NCBI GenBank assembly: GCA_963676565.1
Contig: OY781089.1
Coordinates: 960,001 to 1,024,000, forward strand
Reading direction: 5' to 3'
DNA length: 64,000 nucleotides
From: Halarcobacter sp.
GTDB lineage: Bacteria > Campylobacterota > Campylobacteria > Campylobacterales > Arcobacteraceae
The notes beneath the pieces were generated by a model. It worked only from the letters and a program-made list of their open reading frames with translations, searched no databases and had not been told where the DNA came from. Each line of letters opens with the position of its first letter. Positions within the stretch are counted from its first letter, which is position 1. This document shows, one piece after another, positions 52,343-61,601 of the stretch. A program made the position numbers and the translations under genes.

Positions 52343-53824
52343 CTAAAGTTTTCTAAATATAAGCTTAGAGTTCATTATTTTATAAAATTTATACCCTGAA
52401 TCTCTAATTGATTTATCAGAAAATTTTAAGTTTGATGTCTTATTAGTATCGATTATAAAGTAATCTGGAGAATTTTTCTTTAAAAAACTATTAAAATCTT
52501 CTATAGTTATTTTTTCATTATTACTTAATAAATCAAAATAAATCTTTTTATCTTTTTGATTGTAAGTTACCCAACCTAAAGAACAACTTGGAATATAACT
52601 TCCTGTTGGATTTAAATAAGTTGACATATAACCATATGTACCAATAGAAGAGAAAAGTATCCTTTTCCCTTTATATTCATTTTCTTTTATAAATTGCATA
52701 TCTAAAAAAGTTTTTTCAAGTAAATTTGTCTCTTTTTTATAATCATCAAATGTTTTTATAAAAAATAATATTGTAATTATAATAGTTATAAAAAAATAGA
52801 ATTTTTTTGGAAAATCTAAAAAAAATGTTTTTTCTTTGAGATAGTTTTTAATTCTATCAATATAATTATTAAAGCCATTTTTTTCTATGAATTTAAAAGA
52901 AGAATAAAATAAATGAATTAAAAAGATATAAAATAGAGGTTCTAACAAATTTAAGAATCTTTGCTGAATAATAAATAATGGTATAAATAAAATTACATAT
53001 TTTAGTAAAATTTCTTTAGGTTTTAATACATAATAAATTGTTAAAGAAAAAAATACTAATAATAGCAGTAAATTTGTAGATCCAAGACTATTCTTTAACT
53101 CTAAAGGGATAATAAAAGGTTTACTTTCTCCAACACTATATGATTGTGTTAAAAAGTCATTATTTAATACAAATTGAATAATTCTTAAATAACCATCCAA
53201 ATCAAAATAAGAATAAAAAAGAAATCCAAATAATAAAGAAACTACAATTAAAATAGTTTTGTAGTAATCTTTTAATATTATAGTTACATAAGCAATAAAA
53301 CCAAAGTAAAACCAAAAAACATAATAAAATGGTGCGTAAAGTAAAGGGATTATAAATAAAATTTTTTTATTTCTTAATGTGAGAAAATATAATATAAAAA
53401 GACCACTTAATAAATCAGGTCTTAAGAAAAAATACCTAAAACTAAGTAAAGGAAGACCAATTGAAAAAATTATTGTATAAATTGTAGAAACTTCAGTAAA
53501 TCTCTTGAATGCTAAATAGTACCAAAAAGATAAAAGAGTATATACTATTGAGTTAACAAAAATTGGTACAGTAGATTTGTCCATAAAGTTTAATAAAAAT
53601 GATAAAAGATAATGCCAGGAAAACCAAGGATCAAAATCATTATATAATGAAAAAGGGTACAGTCTCTCCCATGAAACTATTTTATCTGGATAAAATGCCA
53701 TAGCTAAATGTCTCCATCCGTCATCTGGCATGGTTAATCCAAGGTTTTTAATAATCAATATTGAGCAAATTAAAAAAAGAAAAAATACTACAAAATTAAA
53801 TTTTAGTGCTTTTGGTTGATTCAT
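52343..53824 (-). CDS. Polytopic membrane protein, GT-C-like glycosyltransferase
   Basis: PDD motif after TM1 (PDDGWRH), about 11 TMs, soluble C-terminal domain. Confidence 0.6.
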   Translation of the reverse strand: MNQPKALKFNFVVFFLFLICSILIIKNLGLTMPDDGWRHLAMAFYPDKIVSWERLYPFSLYNDFDPWFSWHYLLSFLLNFMDKSTVPIFVNSIVYTLLSFWYYLAFKRFTEVSTIYTIIFSIGLPLLSFRYFFLRPDLLSGLFILYFLTLRNKKILFIIPLLYAPFYYVFWFYFGFIAYVTIILKDYYKTILIVVSLLFGFLFYSYFDLDGYLRIIQFVLNNDFLTQSYSVGESKPFIIPLELKNSLGSTNLLLLLVFFSLTIYYVLKPKEILLKYVILFIPLFIIQQRFLNLLEPLFYIFLIHLFYSSFKFIEKNGFNNYIDRIKNYLKEKTFFLDFPKKFYFFITIIITILFFIKTFDDYKKETNLLEKTFLDMQFIKENEYKGKRILFSSIGTYGYMSTYLNPTGSYIPSCSLGWVTYNQKDKKIYFDLLSNNEKITIEDFNSFLKKNSPDYFIIDTNKTSNLKFSDKSIRDSGYKFYKIMNSKLIFRKL

Positions 53825-55223
53825 GATATTCTTTTTCTGTGTTTATATTCCATAAGGTATCTTTGTTTTTATTTTTGATTAAACAATCTACTGCTTCAAA
53901 ACTTGTCATCATAGAATGATCCATATTATTATATCTATGTTGACCATTTCTTCCAATACAAAATAAATTATCAAAGTTATTGAGATAGTTCTTTATTTCA
54001 TCAAATCTGTTATATGAACCAAAATAAGAAGGGTAGGCTTTTTTAACTTTTAATTGAACACTATCTAGCACCTCCTCTTTATTGATTAATTCAAGCTTTT
54101 CTAATTCATTAATTGCAAAGTTTTTAAAATCTTCTTCAGTCATTTCCCAAAGTTCATCATTTTCATTACAAAAATATTCTAATCCTATCCATGTTGTATT
54201 CTTATCTTTAACTAAAAAAGGTGACCAATTATTGAAAATTTGTAGTCTTCCTATTTTTACATCTGGCTCTTGAATATAAATCCAGTTATCTTTTAACTTA
54301 TTTAATTTACTTTTATTTAGTAGTATTCCAACTGTTATAAAATCTCTATACTCTAAGTTATCTGCAAGTTCTTTAATCTCATAAGATACATTATATAAAG
54401 TATTAATTAAATCTTTTATTGGCATTGAAGAAAAAATATAATCAAATTCATATGTGTTTTTTTTGGTTTTTAATTTAGTGATTTTAGAATTATCTGTTTC
54501 TAAAGCAATTACTTTTTCATTAAATATTATATTTCCACCATTGGATTTAATTTTATCTGCTACAGACTCCCAAAGTTGGCCTGGTCCATATTTTGGATAC
54601 TTGAATTGTTCAATTAAAGAAGTTTCAATATTTTTTGAATTAAGATTCCCAAAACTTTTCTTAAATATGTGAATTAAAACAGATCTAATTGATAATCCTT
54701 TAACTCTTTGATAGCCAAATAATGCAGCTATTTTATTGCAAGGAACGCCCCATACTTTTTCTGTATAGTCTCTAAAAAAAGTAGCATATAATTGAAATCC
54801 AAACCTATTTATAAAAAAATCTTCTAAAGTTTTTTCTTCCCTTTTAAGAATTATTGCTTTTAGATATGAAAGACCAATTTTGATAAATCTAGTAAAGCCT
54901 ATATTTTTTATTGTATTTTTGTTTAATGTAACGGGATAATCGTAAAATTTTCTTTCATATAAAATTCTTGATTTTCTATCTCGTATTAAAAACTCTTCAT
55001 CTAAAACTTCATTCCACCATTTATTAACTTTTTTTATTTTACTAAAAAATCTATGACCTCCAATATCAATTCTATTACCATTATGATAATAAGTCTTAGA
55101 TATACCACCAATAAACTCTGATTCTTCTAAAATTGTAACATTATATTTATTCATTTTTAGTAGTTCATAAGCAGCAGTTAAACCAGCAGGTCCAGCACCT
55201 ATAATTATAATTTTTTCTTTCAT
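53796..55223 (-). CDS. FAD-dependent oxidoreductase, UDP-galactopyranose-mutase-like
   Basis: [46 protein letters not shown]. Confidence 0.75.
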   Translation of the reverse strand: MKEKIIIIGAGPAGLTAAYELLKMNKYNVTILEESEFIGGISKTYYHNGNRIDIGGHRFFSKIKKVNKWWNEVLDEEFLIRDRKSRILYERKFYDYPVTLNKNTIKNIGFTRFIKIGLSYLKAIILKREEKTLEDFFINRFGFQLYATFFRDYTEKVWGVPCNKIAALFGYQRVKGLSIRSVLIHIFKKSFGNLNSKNIETSLIEQFKYPKYGPGQLWESVADKIKSNGGNIIFNEKVIALETDNSKITKLKTKKNTYEFDYIFSSMPIKDLINTLYNVSYEIKELADNLEYRDFITVGILLNKSKLNKLKDNWIYIQEPDVKIGRLQIFNNWSPFLVKDKNTTWIGLEYFCNENDELWEMTEEDFKNFAINELEKLELINKEEVLDSVQLKVKKAYPSYFGSYNRFDEIKNYLNNFDNLFCIGRNGQHRYNNMDHSMMTSFEAVDCLIKNKNKDTLWNINTEKEYHESTKSTKI

Positions 55224-55329
55224 AAAGACCTTATAGTTTTATTTTCTTTTAGATAAAATAAGTGATTATACTTAAGGAATTATTATAGAATTATTTAATC
55301 GTACAGAAATAAAAAAGATAACTAATATA

Positions 55330-56586
55330 TTGTTCTTTTTTCTTATTATCACAATTTTTTTATTTCATCCTGTACCAACTATTTTAGACTATAAAATAAC
55401 AAGTTTTAAATTTGTCCCTTATAGTGAGATTATTTTTATATTGATAATAATATTAAGTTTTTTTTCTTTAGAAAAAAAAATATTTTTTGTAAATATTTTA
55501 AGGGATAAGATTTCAAGAGTTTTTATGTTGATGTTTTTAATATTTCTCTTTGGAATAACATGGTCAACAGATAAAACAAATAGTATAATAATTTTTAAAT
55601 CAGTTAGTTATTTACTAATAGTTCCAATTTTAATAGTAACTTTGAAGAAATCAACAGCCAAATATTTACTTTTCTTTTTATTATTAATGACTATTGTTTC
55701 AGCAAGTATGACAAACATTTTGTATTTTTCTAATTTGAGTTTAGATTTGGAAATAAAATTAACGAATGTTTCCCCTTTTATAAATAATATGTATTATGGA
55801 ACAATTTTATCTCTCTCTTTTATTTATTTTTTTATCAATTTTAATTTTAAAGATAAACTATTTATTATTTTAATCAATCTATTTTCAATGTTTGCTATTT
55901 TTACTTCAATGTCAATTATTTGTAATAGAAGTAGTTTAATAGGAATGTTAGTTGCCATTTCTATTTATTTATGGTTTAGAAATAATACTTATTTTTTATT
56001 AAAAAGGTTAGGGGTTATTTTAGTTACTGTTTTATCATTATTAATCTATAGCAATTTAATAAATCCTGGCTGTGGATTAAAGTTTTTCAATATGGAGAAA
56101 TCACTTTCTAAAGAGATAAGTGGGAAAAGAACAGGTACAAGTTTAGGTTGCAGATTAAATTATATAGAAAATTCAATAGAATTGATTAAAGAGAATCCTA
56201 TTATAGGGGTAGGAACTGGGGATAGCTTATATTCCATGAAAAATCATTTTGGAGAAGATGTCTATTTGGATATTGTTACTAAACCTTGTTATTTAGGGCC
56301 ACATAATCAAATCTTTTATTTTGATAATCATAATATGTACTTAACAATGTTAATGCTTTTTGGTCCTTTAGGATTAATTGTTTTTATTTATTTTTTCTAT
56401 GAGATTTTTAGAGTAGGTGTGATATTAAATTCATGGGAATTAAAGTCAATTATTATAATTGTTTCATTAGCCTCAATTCCTATAACACTATTTTATACAA
56501 GTAGTAATTTTGTATTATTTTTTTCTTTTTATGTAAGTCTTTTATATATTGTAAAAAAAGATTCATTTACCAATGAGAATTCTTAA
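55330..56586 (+). CDS. O-antigen ligase / O-oligosaccharyltransferase family (Wzy_C)
   Basis: About 12 TMs; periplasmic loop with R...NPIIGVGTG...HNMYL. The true start may lie upstream. Confidence 0.82.
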   Translation: MFFFLIITIFLFHPVPTILDYKITSFKFVPYSEIIFILIIILSFFSLEKKIFFVNILRDKISRVFMLMFLIFLFGITWSTDKTNSIIIFKSVSYLLIVPILIVTLKKSTAKYLLFFLLLMTIVSASMTNILYFSNLSLDLEIKLTNVSPFINNMYYGTILSLSFIYFFINFNFKDKLFIILINLFSMFAIFTSMSIICNRSSLIGMLVAISIYLWFRNNTYFLLKRLGVILVTVLSLLIYSNLINPGCGLKFFNMEKSLSKEISGKRTGTSLGCRLNYIENSIELIKENPIIGVGTGDSLYSMKNHFGEDVYLDIVTKPCYLGPHNQIFYFDNHNMYLTMLMLFGPLGLIVFIYFFYEIFRVGVILNSWELKSIIIIVSLASIPITLFYTSSNFVLFFSFYVSLLYIVKKDSFTNENS

Positions 56587-56944
56587 ATACTTTTTTGTTG
56601 GTGGAACTGCCGCAATAGTTGATGTAGGTTTATTTTTAATCTTTACTAAACTCTTTGATTACAATTATTTAGCTGTAGGTTTTTTTTCATTTATCCTTGC
56701 AACTTTTGTTAATTATTATTTGAGTATCAGATTTGTTTTTGAAAGTGGTAAAAGATTTAAAAAATCTCATGAAATTATTTTAATTTATATAGTGAGTGGA
56801 ACAAGCCTAGTTTTAAATCTAGTATTATTATATTTAATCCATGAAAAGCTGAATATAGAAGTAGGGATATCTAAAATTATAGTAACAGGTATTTTATTTT
56901 TTTATAATTATTTAATAAGAAGATTTTTTGTTTTTCATAAATGA
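56573..56944 (+). CDS. GtrA-family flippase
   Basis: KYFFVGGTAAIVD, NYYLSIRFVF, YNYLIRRFFVF. Confidence 0.9.
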   Translation: MRILKYFFVGGTAAIVDVGLFLIFTKLFDYNYLAVGFFSFILATFVNYYLSIRFVFESGKRFKKSHEIILIYIVSGTSLVLNLVLLYLIHEKLNIEVGISKIIVTGILFFYNYLIRRFFVFHK

Positions 56945-57480
56945 TTTTTCAATTTCTCAACACAAAGTCCCATAGCAGTACTTTCATACCCCGTAACACT
57001 TTTAATATATGGTTTACAAAAGCCTTCCACCATAATAGCTCCTGCTTTTCCAAAGCATTCACCAGATTTGATATATTCCACCATATGGTTTTTATCAAAT
57101 TTTTCAAATTCATAAGTTGTAATAGATATATCAATAACTTCTTTTTTTTGTGACTTAAAAATCATACAAGTTATAACAGAGGTTTCACTTCCACTTTGAA
57201 GTTCAAGCATTCTTCTTGCATCATCTTCATCTTTTGCTTTTCTTAAAAGTTCACCTTGTGAAGTTACAACAGAATCAGCAACTAACAATGGCATATCATC
57301 GCAACCATATTTTTTATATAGTTCATTATATTTTCCTAAAGTTGCTTGATAAACAAAAGATTTAGGATTGTTTGTTGTAATTGAATCTTCATCAAAATCT
57401 CCACCATTTTGTATAAAATCAATATTGTGAGTTCTTAAAATAAGTGCTCTAGTAGAAGAGTTTGAACCAAGTCTAATCAA
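56935..57480 (-). CDS. maf: Maf nucleotide pyrophosphatase
   Basis: LGSNSSTR, VADSVV, GKAGA, AMGL. Confidence 0.92.
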   Translation of the reverse strand: MIRLGSNSSTRALILRTHNIDFIQNGGDFDEDSITTNNPKSFVYQATLGKYNELYKKYGCDDMPLLVADSVVTSQGELLRKAKDEDDARRMLELQSGSETSVITCMIFKSQKKEVIDISITTYEFEKFDKNHMVEYIKSGECFGKAGAIMVEGFCKPYIKSVTGYESTAMGLCVEKLKNHL

Positions 57481-57570
57481 ATTATAACTACCTTTTTTTA
57501 TTTGAAGTATACTAAAAAGTTATAAAATATTAACTTTCATATTTTCATAGAAGATAGGATATAATTTCCG

Positions 57571-58854
57571 ATGAAAAAAATTAACACCATATCAGGCTTT
57601 TTAATATTCTTATCTTTTTTAGTAACTGTTTTTAGCTATTTTTTTTATTCTCAATTATTTATTTTATCTGGGATTTTAGCTTGGATATCTTTATTTTTAT
57701 TGTTTAACAAAACTTCAAATAAAAAGTTACTAATCTCCCTTTTAGTTTTATCTATGATTAGTTTTATGTTTAGCTTTTTAAAAGGCTTTGATATTGATTT
57801 TCAAAGGGCTATTTTGGTTAATCAATACTTATTAGTACTTTTAATAGGAGTTGGTTTTTTAAGGCTTATTGCAAGCCCAAAGGAAACAAAAATAAAAGAT
57901 TTACCAAGGGGCAGAAATTCATTTCTAAAAACATATTTTGGGGTACATCTTTTTGGTTCAGTAATAAACTTATCCTCTTTTATTTTAGTTGCTGATAAAC
58001 TTTATAAAAAAGCATCATTAACAAAACTTCAAGTTTTAGTTCTTAGTCGTGCTTTTTCTTCCGATGCCTTTTGGTCACCTTTTTTTGTTGCCTTTGCTGC
58101 TGCATTAACCTATGCACCAAATTTAAAAGCTTCTACAATACTTCCTTTGGGGATTGTTTTGGCAATTATTGCCTTTGTAATAACATATTTAGAGGTTTTA
58201 TTAAAATATGATTTTAAAGATTTTCAAGGATATCCTATAAATTTTGAATCTTTGTATATCCCTTTTTTATTAGCTTTATTTGTTTTAATAACAAATCATT
58301 ATTTCCCAAATACAAAAGTAATATTACTTATTGCACTATTTTCTTTGATTCTAACAATATTGATTTTACCACTAAAAGAGGGATTTAAAAACTCATTTAA
58401 AATGTTAGATACTCACATTAAAACAGAACTTCCTAATATGAAAAATGAACTTTCACTTTTTTTAGTAGCTGGTTTATTTGGAGTTAGTATTAGTTCGATT
58501 ATAGTTGGTTTAAATATTGCTTTCCCCTTAGAAAGTTTTGACGGAATAGGGGCATCAATATTACTTTTGGTATTTATTCTTTTATCTTTTATAGGAATTC
58601 ATCCAATTATTACAATTGCAATTATAGGTAATTGGATTAATGAATTAAACCATACGTTACTTGCAGTAACATTTCTTATGTCTTGGTCTATTGCAGTATC
58701 AACATCCCCATTTAGCGGCCTTAATTTGACTATCCAGTCAAGATATAAATTAATTGCCTGGGATATTTTTAAAATTAACCTTCCATATACCATTAAAATG
58801 TACTTTGTGTGTGTTATAATCTTGAATATACTAGCTAAATATTTAGGAATTTAA
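57571..58854 (+). CDS. Polytopic membrane protein, putative transporter
   Basis: At least 12 TMs; HLFGSVIN, FWSPFF, GIHPII; coupled to the downstream AEC gene. Confidence 0.6.
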   Translation: MKKINTISGFLIFLSFLVTVFSYFFYSQLFILSGILAWISLFLLFNKTSNKKLLISLLVLSMISFMFSFLKGFDIDFQRAILVNQYLLVLLIGVGFLRLIASPKETKIKDLPRGRNSFLKTYFGVHLFGSVINLSSFILVADKLYKKASLTKLQVLVLSRAFSSDAFWSPFFVAFAAALTYAPNLKASTILPLGIVLAIIAFVITYLEVLLKYDFKDFQGYPINFESLYIPFLLALFVLITNHYFPNTKVILLIALFSLILTILILPLKEGFKNSFKMLDTHIKTELPNMKNELSLFLVAGLFGVSISSIIVGLNIAFPLESFDGIGASILLLVFILLSFIGIHPIITIAIIGNWINELNHTLLAVTFLMSWSIAVSTSPFSGLNLTIQSRYKLIAWDIFKINLPYTIKMYFVCVIILNILAKYLGI

Positions 58855-59780
58855 TGAACATACTTTTTATAATACTAGGGAAAATATTTCCTTTGTATCT
58901 AACAATTGCTGCAGGTTATATTCTAACAAGGTATTTTAAAATTAAAAGGGAACAAATAGCTTTTTTACTTGTTTATATATTAGGTCCTGTAGTTATCTTT
59001 TTTGCAGTTTTATCTATTGAGATTAATATTCAATTGGTTTTCTTACCAGTTTTTATTTTTCTTTTTGGAAGTTCAATAGCTTTTTTTATTCTACATAAAT
59101 ATAAACATACATGGAAAGATCCTAGTGTAAATACCCTGGCTTTTACTTGTGGTACTGGAAACACAGGATATTTTGGTATTCCACTTGCAATGATTTTACT
59201 TGAACCAAGCGCTGCAAATATATTTATTTTTGGAACTTTAGCTTCCCTTTTATATGAAAATACAACAGGTTTTTATGTTACTGCAAAAGGCAGTTTCACA
59301 GGTAAGCAATCTATACTTAAGATTCTTAAATTGCCACTTTTATACGCTTTTATTGCTGGACTTTCTTTTAACCTTGTTGGTTTTAGAACTCCTGAATTTA
59401 TAATCCCATATTTTGAAAATCTAAAATGGGCATATGGACTTTTAGGTATGATGATGCTTGGAATGGGGATGAAAGGTTTTAATCTTCATGAGGATTTTGA
59501 TAAGAAGTATATAAAAATTGCCTATTTTTATAAGTTTATTTTTTGGCCAGTAGTTGTATTGGCAATAATTTTTATTGATAAGAGTTTTATTCATTTTCTA
59601 AATGAAGAGATTTATCAAGTTATGTTTTTATTTTCAATTGTACCACTTGCAGGAAATACTGTAACTTTAGCAGTATTATTAAAAGCAAAACCAGAAAAAG
59701 CTTCTTTTACAGTACTTTTATCAACTTTGATTTCTGTTGTGTATATTCCAGTAGTATTGGCTTTATATGGAGGGTTTTAG
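58854..59780 (+). CDS. AEC-family transporter
   Basis: GNTGYFGIP, LPLLYA, two 5-TM halves. Confidence 0.88.
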   Translation: MNILFIILGKIFPLYLTIAAGYILTRYFKIKREQIAFLLVYILGPVVIFFAVLSIEINIQLVFLPVFIFLFGSSIAFFILHKYKHTWKDPSVNTLAFTCGTGNTGYFGIPLAMILLEPSAANIFIFGTLASLLYENTTGFYVTAKGSFTGKQSILKILKLPLLYAFIAGLSFNLVGFRTPEFIIPYFENLKWAYGLLGMMMLGMGMKGFNLHEDFDKKYIKIAYFYKFIFWPVVVLAIIFIDKSFIHFLNEEIYQVMFLFSIVPLAGNTVTLAVLLKAKPEKASFTVLLSTLISVVYIPVVLALYGGF

Positions 59781-60307
59781 TAAATAACTCTTTGTATTTT
59801 CCAAAATTTATCTTGATAATATCCATTATCCATATGAGATATAGTTACTCCATGTTTAGTTGATGCATGTAAAAACTTGCCAGATTCCAAATATATTCCC
59901 ACATGTCTAGTATTAAAACCTGTTTTAAAAAATATTAAATCCCCAAGTTCAAGTTCCTCCATTGATATATTTTTACCAAATGAGGATTGATATTTTGTGG
60001 TTCTAGGGATTTTGATATGTAATTTATCTCTAAAAGTTCTTTGCACAAAGGCAGAGCAATCTATACCATTTTTGCTATTTCCTCCATACTTATATTTTAC
60101 ACCTTTCCATTCATTATATTGATTGTACAAAGCATCATATAGCTTACTATAGCTTAAGTTTTCAGTGATTTTATAATCGTAATTTGATTTAAGGGGGAAA
60201 GATTTGTTGTAGTTAAAACTTTCACTTCTGTAATGATTTTTTGTACTACAAGCTTGAAAAGTTAAAAGAATAAAAAATAGAGTAAAAAAAGTTTTTTTTA
60301 AAGCCAT
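59777..60307 (-). CDS. NlpC/P60 lipoprotein endopeptidase (MepS/Spr-like)
   Basis: Lipobox FQA/C, YKYGG, GIDCSAF, HVGIY, FLHAS. Confidence 0.92.
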   Translation of the reverse strand: MALKKTFFTLFFILLTFQACSTKNHYRSESFNYNKSFPLKSNYDYKITENLSYSKLYDALYNQYNEWKGVKYKYGGNSKNGIDCSAFVQRTFRDKLHIKIPRTTKYQSSFGKNISMEELELGDLIFFKTGFNTRHVGIYLESGKFLHASTKHGVTISHMDNGYYQDKFWKIQRVIY

Positions 60308-60401
60308 ATTGATACCTAGGTTTTTTCTTTATTTTAATTGAATCTCACTTAAATTTTTAATATATTTGTTATAATCCAATAGATAACTAAAAAGGATATA
60401 T

Positions 60402-61115
60402 ATGCAAAACAGTATAAAACCAATGTTAATATTAGGTATAGCAATATTTTTAGGACTTTTTTCCTTAGGTTATTTTATCTTTACAAGTGTTATTAATTAT
60501 AAGCAATATGACAGAACCGTTACAGTAAAAGGTTTATCGCAAAAGCAATACAATGCTGATGTTGTTTTATGGCCAATTAAATTTGAAACACCTGATACAA
60601 ATCTTTCAAATTTAAATGAAAGAATAGAAAACTATACATCTATAATTTTAAAGTTTTTAAAAGAGAATAATATTTCAGATAAAGAGATAACTATAAAGCC
60701 GCCATCAATTACAGATAAATCAGCAAACGATTATGGAAACAAAAACTATCAATATAGATATTTAGGAACAAGAACCATAAATATTTATTCAAAAGATGTA
60801 GCTAAGATTCGAGAGACTATCTCTAAGTTAACAAAACTAAATAAAAAAGGGATTGTTTTTAAAATAAATGATTATGATACTAGAATTGAGTATATTTTTA
60901 CTAGATTAAATGAAGTAAAACCTTTAATGATTGAAGAGTCAACAAAAAAAGCTAGAGAGGTTGCTTTGAAATTTGCTAAGGATTCTAATAGTAAATTAGG
61001 AAAAATTAGGAAAGCTAGACAAGGTCAATTTTCAATTTTTGATAGGGATAAAAACACCCCTTATATAAAAACAGTTAGAGTTGTTTCTACGGTTGAGTAT
61101 TATTTGAGTGACTAA
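60402..61115 (+). CDS. SIMPL (DUF541) domain protein
   Basis: VTVKGLS, LGKIRKARQGQF, VRVVSTVEY. Confidence 0.88.
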   Translation: MQNSIKPMLILGIAIFLGLFSLGYFIFTSVINYKQYDRTVTVKGLSQKQYNADVVLWPIKFETPDTNLSNLNERIENYTSIILKFLKENNISDKEITIKPPSITDKSANDYGNKNYQYRYLGTRTINIYSKDVAKIRETISKLTKLNKKGIVFKINDYDTRIEYIFTRLNEVKPLMIEESTKKAREVALKFAKDSNSKLGKIRKARQGQFSIFDRDKNTPYIKTVRVVSTVEYYLSD

Positions 61116-61120
61116 GAGGA

Positions 61121-61600
61121 TTAAAATCCTCTTAGTGTAACTCCTAGAAAAATAGCTATAAGACCTAAAACTATATTTATAGGGATTAGATAATTTGCTA
61201 TTGGAAGTAATTTTTCTTTTGCAATTGGTAATGCACCTTCATCAAAAGCTTTTTGTGCTTGTTTTCTTTTTATAAAAATTACAATAAATATAATTGTCAT
61301 AACTGTCCAAATTACCTCTTTTGCAATAACAAAATTATATAAAGGTGTTCCTTTAAATCCTAAGGCAATTATCATAATTATTGCAGTTGCAAGCAAAATT
61401 ATAATTGAAGGAATAACCATATTAAAAAATCTTCTTAAAGATTCTAATGTTCTTCCTAGTTTTATTTTTGGGTCATCTATTTCTTGCATTGAGTAGTGAA
61501 CAGCAAGTCTAATTGCTATCATCCCTCCTACCCAAATCACTGCAGAAATTACATGTAAAAATACGATTACTGCAGAAAAATTTGCAAATAATGATTCCAT
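61121..61600 (-). CDS. CopD/DUF4149-like membrane protein
   Basis: LHVISAVIWVGG, 4 TMs; directly downstream of alaS. Confidence 0.65.
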   Translation of the reverse strand: MESLFANFSAVIVFLHVISAVIWVGGMIAIRLAVHYSMQEIDDPKIKLGRTLESLRRFFNMVIPSIIILLATAIIMIIALGFKGTPLYNFVIAKEVIWTVMTIIFIVIFIKRKQAQKAFDEGALPIAKEKLLPIANYLIPINIVLGLIAIFLGVTLRGF

Positions 61601-61601
61601 C

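Noticed and set aside
55458..55480. T8 and A9 tracts in the Wzy_C gene as phase-variation sites
   Set aside because: A/T runs are common throughout this AT-rich window, the frame is intact, and no long poly-G/C tracts were seen.
41200..56944. Tad block as an ICE, prophage or conjugation system
   Set aside because: No integrase, relaxase, VirB4, tRNA or flanking direct repeats were seen, and the components match Tad rather than T4SS.
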